Source of the DNA: an uncultured bacterium
Lineage (GTDB): Bacteria; Patescibacteriota; Minisyncoccia; Phycocordibacterales; UBA9973
Length of the DNA stretch: 64,000 nt
Reading direction: 5' to 3'
NCBI GenBank assembly: GCA_903838985.1
Contig: CAIMAO010000002.1
Span: 1,844-65,843, forward strand
Within the stretch, counting starts at the first letter, position 1, and each line of letters begins with the position of its first letter. The position numbers and the translations under genes are program-made. This document shows positions 36,118 to 45,129 of the stretch, one piece after another. The notes under the pieces were generated by a model. The model was not told the origin of the DNA, ran no database searches, and worked only from the letters and a program-made list of their open reading frames with translations.

Positions 36118-39104
36118 ATATTTTTTTCAAAAACAGAAAACCACATCTTTTCTTTTTTATCAAAGAAATATCTAGTTAAAACATAATTTTCTGGGATACC
36201 TTTTGTTATTAATTCTTCTTGTGAATTTCCATTATGTATTAAGATATTTTCCGTATTTTCTTTTTGTAAAAATTTATTTATTATTTCTTCTTTAGATAAA
36301 TCTTTTGATGCCCAATGTTTTTTAGGATCACTCTCTAATGACAAGCTTGGTTCTCCTGCAAATTCGTATGATTTATCTGCCACAAAACCAGATTCTATAT
36401 AATAAGATGCTATTGGTTGACGGCTTGAACAATCAGCGTGCACAATCTGTCTTTTCATTAATGGTTCTATTGTCACTTGGAAGAAGGCTGTTCCAATTTT
36501 TGAGTTACAATAGATCGGATCAACATTAAATGATCCAAAATATGCGGAACCATCTTGTTTATAATCTACTCTATCAAAGGCTATAATTTTTTGGCCTTTT
36601 TTAAGAAACATAAAATCTGTCTCGGTGTATCCAGTATCAATTTTTTCTTGCCAAGATTTAAGGACAGCTTGTCTCAATTTTTCTTCAGGATAATTTTGTT
36701 CTATTATTTTGCGCATCTCTGAGATTTCCTCTTTTGTAACTTGATCTGATGAATAAGAATGGTTCATCTTGAGATCTATAAAGTTTTCAAAACCTAAGTC
36801 TGGGTTTTCTTTTTTGGCTATTTTAAATAAATTTTTAAATAAATCTACATCAGCTTTTGTGTTTTCCAAAGATTCTAAGAATTTTTCTTGCGAGAATTCT
36901 CCTTTTTCTACTTCTTCATTTTGTTTAATTAAAAGATCCCTTCCTCTTATTAAAAGATTTTCCTTTATTTTATTTATAAGTTCTGGGGATGGTGGTAATT
37001 TATAAGTTTTGTTTATTAATTCTTCAACATCATTAACAGCATCAATATATTCCCCGTATTTTGCAAATATAATTTTTGCTGTGTCTTCAGGTAATTTTTC
37101 TCCCAATTCTAAAATTTTATCTCCCATTTCGTTATTACCAGACATGGACAAGAAAGATCTGAGAAAAGTATTATTTTCTTCACTATTATTTTTTTTGAGG
37201 ATGATCTCTAATTTTTCGAAAGTTTCTTTACTGGAGGTAGATAAAAATTTTAGGAAGTATATCTGTTCTTTTAAAAAAAGATCTTCTGTTTTTATGTTTA
37301 ATCTATCATTTATGTAATTTTTTATTTCTGGCGTGTGTAAAATTTTTATTAGATGAGAAAAATCATCATTTCCAAATGGATTGAACTCTTTTTCTGTAGT
37401 GAAGCCGTCATAATTTTTTATGGGTAGGGTGTTTTTTCTAGAGCTATCTATCTCTATTATTTCTTTTATTACAGATTTAAGATTTTTAATAGATATTTTT
37501 TTAACAATTTCTATTACTTCTAATATCTTATCATTGTATTCTTTGTAATATGGTTCATTCAATTCATAAGTTTTCTGTTTTTCTGATTCCCAATTTTTAA
37601 TGTGAAAATTTTTGAGCTTACCTGCCATAATTTTAATTCTTTGTATTGGGGTAAGACTTTCTTCTTTTTCCCCTTCTGCACTTTCTTTTTTTAGAGAGAA
37701 AGAAGTATAGTCTTTTATGTCCATTGCCAACTGGCTCATTATTTTAAAAAGGCCATCATTATATTTTTCTTTTTTATAAGTTAGCCACTCTTCACCAAGA
37801 TATTTTTGTTTTTCTATAAAAATATTATCAAAATTTTTATCTATATAATCAAAAATTTCCTTAGTTTTGTTGTAATTTTCTTGTTCTATTTTTGTTGTGA
37901 CATAATTTTCGTTTGTTTTAATTTTTTCTTCTATTTTATATAACCCCTGTATGTTTTCTTTGAGTTTAGTTAAATTTTCTTTTTCTAAAACAGAATTCAA
38001 ACTAACTTCTTCTGGTTTTATGTTATCTAAATAATCAACAATATTACCGACATTGTTGTAAAAATGAGGGCTGTTTTTATTTTCGGAGTTATTTAGATAT
38101 TCAAGAGAAGAATTTAGCTTTTTTATTTCTTCGAAAGGTAAATTATTTTCTTTTGTAACCCTTTTTTCTTTTTGTTTTGGCTTTTTTATTAATGCAATAG
38201 GTATGAGATTTTCTTTCAAAACAATATTTTCATAATCTTTTGAAACGTTTGTATAGTAAATATTTTCTAATTGTGGAATAATTATGTTTTCCTTAGAAAA
38301 GGAATCATTTTCTAAAGAAATTTTTAACCTTACATCTTCTTCATCGTTATAAATATTTTCTTCTTCATAATCTTCAATTGAATCAATTTCTTCAAAGTTA
38401 TTAAGATTATTAGAAAAATTTATTATTTTTTTTAATTCAAAATCAGCTACGAAAGAAACAATTGGTATTTTTTCCTCATCTCTTACTTTTTGTATAAAAT
38501 TTATTGTGTCTTTAAACGCAACGTGTGCCCAAGATCCATCACCATAAGACCTTATCGCCACATTGGATAATGTTTTTATAACACTAATTTTTTTTGATTC
38601 TGATAATGTTTTTATTTTTTCAGCGATTTTCCCCAAACCATCTTTAGAATTAAAAGACAAATCATAAGCAATTTCTCCGGACATATCTGCTACATTTCTT
38701 AATTTATATGTTTCGTTTATTTCAGAAGAAAGTATTAATTTTTGTATATAATCAATATTTATATTTTCAAATATGTTTGGAGATTTATTAAAAAAAGTTT
38801 CATATAAATTTTCATAAAACTTTTGAACCTTTTCTTTATTATAGTTTTTATCAAAAATAATATTTTTACAAAAAGAAGTAAGTTTTTCTCCAAAAATGAT
38901 TGTTAAGTCTTTCATTTCTGGTGTTATATATCTTCCACTTCCGGTTAAAGAGCCTATTTTTACTTCTACTGAATCAAGAAAAGTACTCTCGTAATCATTT
39001 TTGTAAAAGCTTTGGATAAAATTTTCAACCCAAATAGTAAATTTCTTTTTAGTTTTTTCAAAATCTTCTTTTTTATTTTCTTTCGGTCCTTGGTCAAATT
39101 TCAT
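36114..39104 (-). CDS. Large hypothetical protein with a probable C-terminal GNAT-like domain
   Basis: 996-aa ORF; YFGSFNVDP.Y...KIG and YYIESGF resemble GNAT acetyl-CoA-binding motifs. Confidence 0.62.
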   Translation of the reverse strand: MKFDQGPKENKKEDFEKTKKKFTIWVENFIQSFYKNDYESTFLDSVEVKIGSLTGSGRYITPEMKDLTIIFGEKLTSFCKNIIFDKNYNKEKVQKFYENLYETFFNKSPNIFENINIDYIQKLILSSEINETYKLRNVADMSGEIAYDLSFNSKDGLGKIAEKIKTLSESKKISVIKTLSNVAIRSYGDGSWAHVAFKDTINFIQKVRDEEKIPIVSFVADFELKKIINFSNNLNNFEEIDSIEDYEEENIYNDEEDVRLKISLENDSFSKENIIIPQLENIYYTNVSKDYENIVLKENLIPIALIKKPKQKEKRVTKENNLPFEEIKKLNSSLEYLNNSENKNSPHFYNNVGNIVDYLDNIKPEEVSLNSVLEKENLTKLKENIQGLYKIEEKIKTNENYVTTKIEQENYNKTKEIFDYIDKNFDNIFIEKQKYLGEEWLTYKKEKYNDGLFKIMSQLAMDIKDYTSFSLKKESAEGEKEESLTPIQRIKIMAGKLKNFHIKNWESEKQKTYELNEPYYKEYNDKILEVIEIVKKISIKNLKSVIKEIIEIDSSRKNTLPIKNYDGFTTEKEFNPFGNDDFSHLIKILHTPEIKNYINDRLNIKTEDLFLKEQIYFLKFLSTSSKETFEKLEIILKKNNSEENNTFLRSFLSMSGNNEMGDKILELGEKLPEDTAKIIFAKYGEYIDAVNDVEELINKTYKLPPSPELINKIKENLLIRGRDLLIKQNEEVEKGEFSQEKFLESLENTKADVDLFKNLFKIAKKENPDLGFENFIDLKMNHSYSSDQVTKEEISEMRKIIEQNYPEEKLRQAVLKSWQEKIDTGYTETDFMFLKKGQKIIAFDRVDYKQDGSAYFGSFNVDPIYCNSKIGTAFFQVTIEPLMKRQIVHADCSSRQPIASYYIESGFVADKSYEFAGEPSLSLESDPKKHWASKDLSKEEIINKFLQKENTENILIHNGNSQEELITKGIPENYVLTRYFFDKKEKMWFSVFEKNI

Positions 39105-39147
39105 ATAAAAATATTATGTCAAGAAATTTTAATTTTGTCTAGTCCGT

Positions 39148-39873
39148 TTAAATTCCTGCTAGTGTTATTGCACTATATAGAACGAGTACTCCTAAAACCG
39201 TGGCGAAGGTGGTCCAGATTGTTGGATGACTGTGATGACTTTCTGGTAAAAGATCTGAAGCTCCAATATACAAAAAGAAGCCTGTAAATATAGCTAAAAT
39301 TATTCCTAGAGTTGATTCTGAAACAGTAAAGAACATTGTAGAAACGACTCCGAGCACAGGAGCTATCGCATCAACTAGAAGCCATTTGAAAGCTTGTGTG
39401 CGTGTGCCAGAGTTTTTCAATATCATATTGACTGTATTTATTCCATCTGAAAAATCATGCACAAGCACAGCGATGGCAACGATAGATCCTACAACACTTG
39501 ATACTTGAAAAGCGAGTCCTATTGCCATTCCGTCCAAGAAACTGTGTATAGATAAACTTCCCGCCCCCAATATTCCCCTTTCAGCTAACATATGTTCTTC
39601 GTGTTCATGTGTGCCGTGTGAGTGGAAAAATACAAATCTATCTAAAATCATATAGACAATAAAGCCTAGTGCAGCGATTGAAGTAATTAGATTTATATTG
39701 TAATTTTGTTTTCCTAATTCTAATGCTTCAGGTAATAAATCAAAAAAAGCGACGCCTATCACAGCACCAGCTGAAAATCCCAATATCAAATGTAGCTTGT
39801 CTTTAAAGCGTAAAGCGAACATTCCACCTAAAAATGTGGAAACTAGCGTTGCTATACTTATCACTATTATCAT
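39148..39873 (-). CDS. zupT: ZIP family metal transporter
   Basis: GFSAGA, LLPEA, His-rich loop, HSFLDG, HDFSDG, ASDLLPE. Confidence 0.88.
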   Translation of the reverse strand: MIIVISIATLVSTFLGGMFALRFKDKLHLILGFSAGAVIGVAFFDLLPEALELGKQNYNINLITSIAALGFIVYMILDRFVFFHSHGTHEHEEHMLAERGILGAGSLSIHSFLDGMAIGLAFQVSSVVGSIVAIAVLVHDFSDGINTVNMILKNSGTRTQAFKWLLVDAIAPVLGVVSTMFFTVSESTLGIILAIFTGFFLYIGASDLLPESHHSHPTIWTTFATVLGVLVLYSAITLAGI

Positions 39874-39874
39874 G

Positions 39875-39945
39875 TGCGGGATGGGAGAATCGAACTCCCA
39901 ACCACAGTTTGGAAAACTGTTATTTTACCATTAAACTAATCCCGC
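39875..39945 (-). tRNA. tRNA-Gly(TCC)
   Basis: Cloverleaf gcgggat...atcccgca; anticodon arm acagt-tttccaa-actgt; GTTCGA T-loop; no encoded CCA. Confidence 0.93.
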
Positions 39946-39965
39946 TTAATTTAAATATCGAAGGG

Positions 39966-40036
39966 TCGGGCTGCTGGGAATCGAACCCAGTCTAAACGCT
40001 CCCAAAGCGCTTGTACTACCGGTATACTACAGCCCG
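39966..40036 (-). tRNA. tRNA-Pro(TGG)
   Basis: cgggctg...cagcccga acceptor stem; anticodon loop tttggga; GGTTCGA T-loop. Confidence 0.93.
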
Positions 40037-40074
40037 TTAAATTTATTAAATTATAAAATATCTTTACCGACTAA

Positions 40075-40128
40075 AGTCTAAACGCTCTCACCATGAAGGC
40101 GCTTGTACTACCGGTATACTACAGCCCG
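40075..40128 (-). pseudogene. Partial 5' duplicate of tRNA-Pro with an expanded anticodon loop
   Basis: First 30 nt identical to tRNA-Pro, altered loop, then agcgtttagact; lacks the T-arm and 3' acceptor strand. Confidence 0.8.
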
Positions 40129-40154
40129 AAACATATTTGAACTTCATAAGTATA

Positions 40155-40565
40155 TTACAAAATAAGATCTTCCACAACTTTTATTTTTGCTTTCTTGTTT
40201 TTTATATCTAAAAACACAACCAATAAATCGACTTGCCATTCTTTATCCTCAGGGACGTTTTTATTTAAAAGATAGGTTTGTATTGTCCGTGACATTCTTT
40301 TCATTTTCCAAGGATGCATATTATCTTCAGGTTTGTAATTATCTAGGGTTTCATGTGTAACGTTAGCTAAAGTTTCACGAGAAACACTCTTAACTTCAAT
40401 AAAATATAGCTTATTTCCCTTTTCAGCTACAATATCTAGTTCTCCCCATTTTCTAGTGTAATTTCGTTCTATAATAACGAAATTGTGTTTCACGAGAAAC
40501 TTTATGGCTATATTTTCCCCAATTTCCCCTATTTTTTGTGTTTCTGAGGTAAAAACCTTAGGCAT
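40155..40565 (-). CDS. yraN: YraN/UPF0102 family PD-(D/E)xK nuclease-like protein
   Basis: G..GE..A..FL, ERNY...WGELDIVA, FIEVK. Confidence 0.88.
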   Translation of the reverse strand: MPKVFTSETQKIGEIGENIAIKFLVKHNFVIIERNYTRKWGELDIVAEKGNKLYFIEVKSVSRETLANVTHETLDNYKPEDNMHPWKMKRMSRTIQTYLLNKNVPEDKEWQVDLLVVFLDIKNKKAKIKVVEDLIL

Positions 40566-40608
40566 AATCTATGTTTTTGTTTATTTTGTAAATGTTTCAT
40601 AAGAAACG

Positions 40609-40624
40609 TGTTTCACGTGAAACA
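40609..40624. promoter_or_regulatory. parS site (perfect consensus)
   Basis: TGTTTCACGTGAAACA; near-consensus copies at 40347, 40371, 40486, 40593 and 41351. Confidence 0.88.
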
Positions 40625-40739
40625 AATAGCTTAATTTTATGTCTTTTATTAAAATATCCTTATTTTACAACGTATTTTATATAAAAATGGCCTTAAAGAC
40701 AAAATTTTATTGTGTCCTTTATAAACATTACCAACATAG

Positions 40740-40758
40740 TTATCCACATTTATCCACA
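40740..40758 (+). promoter_or_regulatory. Two tandem DnaA boxes
   Basis: TTATCCACA at 40740-40748 and 40750-40758. Confidence 0.7.
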
Positions 40759-40836
40759 AAATCCTTATAAATAAAGATGAAATTAAAAACAAATAAAGGA
40801 CAATTATAGTTTTGTCTTAGATCTTTCTTTTTTGTG

Positions 40837-40908
40837 TGCACCCGGAGGGATTCGAACCCCCAACAACTGCTTCGAAGGCAGGTATGATATCCATTTCACT
40901 ACGGGTGC
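40837..40908 (-). tRNA. tRNA-Arg(TCG)
   Basis: gcacccg...cgggtgca acceptor stem; anticodon loop cttcgaa; GGTTCGAATCC. Confidence 0.92.
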
Positions 40909-41022
40909 AAGGATATTAATTATACTCCTATAAATACTAATTATCAAAATTGCAATATTTTTTATAAAATACTATAATTGAAATGTTATCGGCAATTAGG
41001 TCATTTTTATAAAAATAATACT

Positions 41023-41093
41023 GCGGTTATGGTTTAGTGGTAGAACACGTCCTTGCCAAGGATGAGACGGGAGTTCGATTCTCCCTAGCCGCA
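41023..41093 (+). tRNA. tRNA-Gly(GCC)
   Basis: gcggtta...tagccgca; anticodon loop ttgccaa; GTTCGATTC. Confidence 0.92.
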
Positions 41094-41102
41094 CAGAATA
41101 TA

Positions 41103-42698
41103 GTGAATCTAATAGAAGAGAAAAACTTAATAAACAAGATTCCAAAAGAAGTTTCATTTGTAACGGACACGCTTGAAAAGGGTGGTTTTGAGGCATACCT
41201 TGTAGGTGGTTGCGTGCGTGATTTACTAATGGACAGGGAACCAAAAGATTGGGACATAACAACTAATGCGAAACCAGATCAGATTATCGGACTTTTTGAA
41301 AAAACTGTTTATGAGAATGATTTTGGCACTGTAATGGTTATTCAAGAAGATGTTTCACGAGAAACATTACGTCAAATAGAGGTTACGCCATATAGAGTTG
41401 AAGCAAAATATACTGATTTTAGACATCCTGATGAAATAAAGTTCAGTGATAATATAGAAGATGATCTTAAGAGACGTGATTTTACCATAAACGCCTTGGC
41501 TCTAAATTCTAAAGGACATATGATAGACATGTTTGATGGCTTAAAGGACATTAAAGACAAGATGTTAAAAGCAGTAGGGGAACCAGATGATCGTTTTCAA
41601 GAGGATGCACTTAGAATGTTGCGCGCTGTGCGTATTGCTTTACAACTTGGTTTTTCTGTGTCTTATGAAAGTAGTGAAAGTATTTTAAAAAATTCTGATT
41701 TGATAAAAAAAATATCACCAGAAAGAATTCGTGACGAATTTTCAAAAATAATAATGTCTGCGAATCCATCTGTCGGAATTGTAATGTTGCAAAAATTTGG
41801 TTTATTAAAAAATATAATTCCTGAGCTTGAAGAGGGAATTGATTGTGAACAATCGGGTGAACATATTTATGATGTTTGGAATCATTTACTACATGCACTG
41901 CAACATGCTGCTGACAAAGATTGGTCATTTGAAGTAAGAATAGCAGCGTTATTTCATGATATTGGAAAACCTAGATCTAGGAGGGCTGCAGAAAAAACTT
42001 CGCCTGATACTTTTTCTCAGGTCCTCGGGTCGCCCGCACAAAATTCTAAAAAAGAGCGGGCTCAACCAGACCATTCGCAAAAGTATACAGGCGAAGTTTT
42101 TTTGAAAAAGAAATACACATTCTATGGGCATGAAGTGATAGGAGAGAGAATGACAAAAAAAATATTGGAGCGTTTAAAATTTTCCAAAAAAGAAACAGAA
42201 TTAATTTTAAAACTTATTCGCAATCATATGTTTTTCTCTGACACAGAACTTATAACTCTTTCTGCCGTGCGAAGAATCATTGCGAAAGTTGGAGCAGAAA
42301 ATATTTGGTTGTTAATGAATGTTCGTGAGTGTGACAGAGTAGGTATGAAGAAGAAAGAAGCACCATATCGTTTGCGTAAATATTTTGCAATGATAGAAGA
42401 AGCCTTGCACGACCCCATATCTGTCGGACAGCTTAAGATTGATGGAGAATTTATGATAAAAAATCTTGGTATAAAGCCAGGCCCTAGAATGGGATGGATT
42501 TTGCACGCATTGCTTGAAGAAGTTCTCGATGATTCAAGTAAAAATACAGAAGAGCATCTTTCAGAATTAGTGAAATCACTCAATATGCTCGGAGATGAAG
42601 AGTTGAGAACATTGGGTGAAAGAGGGAAAGAAAAAAAGGAAGAATTAGAAGAGCAAGAAGTAGAAAAATTACATTCTAAACATGGAGTTAGGAAATAA
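41103..42698 (+). CDS. cca: CCA-adding tRNA nucleotidyltransferase / poly(A) polymerase family with HD domain, carrying an in-frame hairpin insertion
   Basis: YLVGGCVRD, DWDITT, RRDFTINA, EDALRMLRA, FHDIGK; start moved to GTG 41103 because the ORF-track start lies inside tRNA-Gly. Confidence 0.9.
   Translation: MNLIEEKNLINKIPKEVSFVTDTLEKGGFEAYLVGGCVRDLLMDREPKDWDITTNAKPDQIIGLFEKTVYENDFGTVMVIQEDVSRETLRQIEVTPYRVEAKYTDFRHPDEIKFSDNIEDDLKRRDFTINALALNSKGHMIDMFDGLKDIKDKMLKAVGEPDDRFQEDALRMLRAVRIALQLGFSVSYESSESILKNSDLIKKISPERIRDEFSKIIMSANPSVGIVMLQKFGLLKNIIPELEEGIDCEQSGEHIYDVWNHLLHALQHAADKDWSFEVRIAALFHDIGKPRSRRAAEKTSPDTFSQVLGSPAQNSKKERAQPDHSQKYTGEVFLKKKYTFYGHEVIGERMTKKILERLKFSKKETELILKLIRNHMFFSDTELITLSAVRRIIAKVGAENIWLLMNVRECDRVGMKKKEAPYRLRKYFAMIEEALHDPISVGQLKIDGEFMIKNLGIKPGPRMGWILHALLEEVLDDSSKNTEEHLSELVKSLNMLGDEELRTLGERGKEKKEELEEQEVEKLHSKHGVRK
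41992..42102 (+). repeat. Hairpin element, family C, inside cca
   Basis: Arms 41992-42014/42079-42102 (one bulge); 111 bp = 37 codons; core ctcaggtcctcgggtcgccc...gggctcaaccagaccattc. Confidence 0.9.
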
Positions 42699-42724
42699 TT
42701 ATTTTTGATTTATAATAAATATAT

Positions 42725-44254
42725 ATGAATATGAGAATAGGACTTGAAAACTCAAAGAATAACAATAAAGAAGAAGAACCAAGGATGTCTCTTTTGGATC
42801 AAAAATCAGGTGTTGTTCAAAGAATAACAGAAGAATATCCTAAAGGAATTATAAATAATAATTTTGATAATATTGTTGACCCAAACAGGAAAAAGACGGC
42901 GATTGATATTCCAGCACTTGGCCCTAATTCTACTAAAGAAGATTTTTTTCACTGGGTAGCAAAAGAAACCGGAGTTGATTTTTTTCTTTTAAGTAGAAAA
43001 TCAGAAGAGATTGAAAATTCTGAGGAGGAGAAAAAAATAGAGGATATATATAAAAAACTAAATGCAGCTTATCAACAAGCAAAAGTATTTTTGAAAGATG
43101 TTTTAAAATATAAAGAAGAGCAAATCAAAACAGAGCCCAGTGTTTTAAAAAATGAAAAAGATTTAATTAAACTTTTTGAAAATACAAGGATGTTTAAAGG
43201 GAAAACAGATACATTGAGTCAATCAATAAAATATTGTCGTATGCTTAAAACAGCATTGGCAACCTATGAAGCGACAAAACACGATGCTAGATTATTAGAA
43301 AAAATTACAAGATTAGTAGAAGAATTATTAATTTCTAATGACACAGAAAACCCCGACAAAAAACCGCTTGTTTTTTTAGGTAGTCATGATTATCCAAACA
43401 CAAAAGCAATGTTTTCAGACAAAGATGGCTCTTCTTTTGAGTGTATGGTTTCTTTACGATCTAAAGAATTTAATGGAGTTGTGTTGCGTCTACTTACTAG
43501 ACCAGAATCAAATGCAGAAAATGCACTTAAGGACGGAATAGGTATTCGAATAACTGTTAATAAAAAAGAAGCGTTAATATTAATACCAATTTTATATAAG
43601 TGGCTTATAGAAAAAATGAATATAGGTATTGCTGACATTGAAAATAAATTTTATTTTGAAGAAAATGAGGAAAAGGAATTAGAAAAAGTGTTGAAAGATG
43701 TAACAGATGAAATAAACAAAAAAAGAAAAGATTTATCTGAGGATTCTTCTGAACAGGAAGGAGGATTTGTTTTGTCAGAAGAAAAACATAATAGTGCTTC
43801 TGCTGGTGATTTTAAAACATTGGTTATAAAAGGTAATTTACAATTTTCTGAAGATGAAACCTTAAATTCTAAATCTATTTCTAGCCACGCTAGACAATTT
43901 GAGATTCAACTTGTTCCTCAAGATGATAAAAATGAAGAAGGTGAAAATAATCATTATATTTATGATGTCAAAAAATATATAATTGCTATTACTAGGCTAG
44001 ATGGTTGGTGCTCTAAAGAAGCTTTTGATGAATTTATAAGAGATGCAGCTATAAAATCTGGATTAGAATCAGAAAAAATAAGATATTTTTTGGTTGATAA
44101 ACATAAAGCGCCTATTGTTGAAATTATAAAAGAGGGGAAAGACAATAAAAAACAGAAAGCAGTTTATGTTGCATTTTCAGTTTATGAAAGATGGAAAAAA
44201 GCAAGTTTAATAAGCGAAGACTCATTTAAAATAGTTGAAGCTGCAAGAAAGTAA
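42725..44254 (+). CDS. Hypothetical protein with a divergent RelA/SpoT-like synthetase domain
   Basis: Ordered motifs RSKE, DGIGIRI, FEIQL, EG..NHYIY match the RSH SYNTH motif order. Confidence 0.6.
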   Translation: MNMRIGLENSKNNNKEEEPRMSLLDQKSGVVQRITEEYPKGIINNNFDNIVDPNRKKTAIDIPALGPNSTKEDFFHWVAKETGVDFFLLSRKSEEIENSEEEKKIEDIYKKLNAAYQQAKVFLKDVLKYKEEQIKTEPSVLKNEKDLIKLFENTRMFKGKTDTLSQSIKYCRMLKTALATYEATKHDARLLEKITRLVEELLISNDTENPDKKPLVFLGSHDYPNTKAMFSDKDGSSFECMVSLRSKEFNGVVLRLLTRPESNAENALKDGIGIRITVNKKEALILIPILYKWLIEKMNIGIADIENKFYFEENEEKELEKVLKDVTDEINKKRKDLSEDSSEQEGGFVLSEEKHNSASAGDFKTLVIKGNLQFSEDETLNSKSISSHARQFEIQLVPQDDKNEEGENNHYIYDVKKYIIAITRLDGWCSKEAFDEFIRDAAIKSGLESEKIRYFLVDKHKAPIVEIIKEGKDNKKQKAVYVAFSVYERWKKASLISEDSFKIVEAARK

Positions 44255-44255
44255 T

Positions 44256-44552
44256 TTATTCCGTAGTTTCACTTATTGAAAAATCGGCGAAGTCATTTTT
44301 TGGTTCTTGCCAGGTGATAGAAAAATTTTCTACTGGAGAAAAAAGAGGGAAGAGATAGGGTCCACGTTTTAATTTACTCATAAATATATCTAGATACTTT
44401 TCTTCTCCTTCAGCAATAACTTTGATACTACCGTCACTTTTGAAAAAGGTTATGCCTTTGAGGCCTAATCTGTTTGCATTGTCATTTATCCACAACATAT
44501 ATTCGTGGTCTAAATTCTTACCTGACATTGTACATTCGATGCATTTAATCAT
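44256..44552 (-). CDS. Acylphosphatase-like protein (degenerate)
   Basis: A.RLGLKG....SDGSIKVIAEGEE....F...LKRGP; the GVGFR catalytic loop is not conserved. Confidence 0.7.
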   Translation of the reverse strand: MIKCIECTMSGKNLDHEYMLWINDNANRLGLKGITFFKSDGSIKVIAEGEEKYLDIFMSKLKRGPYLFPLFSPVENFSITWQEPKNDFADFSISETTE

Positions 44553-44594
44553 GGTTTAATAATAACACTAATAATAGATTATGCTAGAAAAATA

Positions 44595-44619
44595 AAACCC
44601 TGAAAATTTTTCAGGGTTT
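44595..44619. terminator. Probable intrinsic terminator
   Basis: aaaccctgaaaa/ttttcagggttt hairpin downstream of the 44638-45012 ORF. Confidence 0.55.
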
Positions 44620-44637
44620 GTGGGTTTAGAAATTGTT

Positions 44638-45012
44638 CTAACTAGGCATGGTCCGTGTTGAGGCAATAAATTCTCCGTATTCTCCAAGATAAGGAAACCC
44701 GGCGTCCTTAGGACATTTTATGAAAATATCTAAAATCATATTATTTTCACGAATGTCTAAACAAATGTTGCAATTTTCTTTTTTAGAGAAATCACAACTC
44801 ATAACTATGTCCTTTTTTAAAATAATTTTACCAATAAATTTATCTTTATAACTAAAAGTAATTATTGGTGGATTTTTTTTAAAAAAGTCATCATCCATTT
44901 CTTCTTCTGGAGGAAAGTCATCAGGACAATGAGAAACAAGGTGACATTCGCCCTTTATGAAACCCAAAGGGGATTTTTTGATTGATTTAATGAATTTTTT
45001 GAATGTTTTCAT
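44638..45012 (-). CDS. Hypothetical protein
   Basis: 124-aa ORF, ATG start with aagga upstream. Confidence 0.5.
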   Translation of the reverse strand: MKTFKKFIKSIKKSPLGFIKGECHLVSHCPDDFPPEEEMDDDFFKKNPPIITFSYKDKFIGKIILKKDIVMSCDFSKKENCNICLDIRENNMILDIFIKCPKDAGFPYLGEYGEFIASTRTMPS

Positions 45013-45129
45013 TGCATTTCCTTTTTTGTTGTTGAAAGAATATTTCTCGTACTTTACAAAATTGATAAAAAGTAGTCAAATAAATTGATAATTTGTGTTA
45101 ATTGTAAAAATTTGTTATGTTTATAACAT

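Noticed and set aside
41037-41102. ORF-track N-terminal extension of the CCA enzyme
   Set aside because: It lies inside tRNA-Gly(GCC); the in-frame GTG at 41103 is more plausible.
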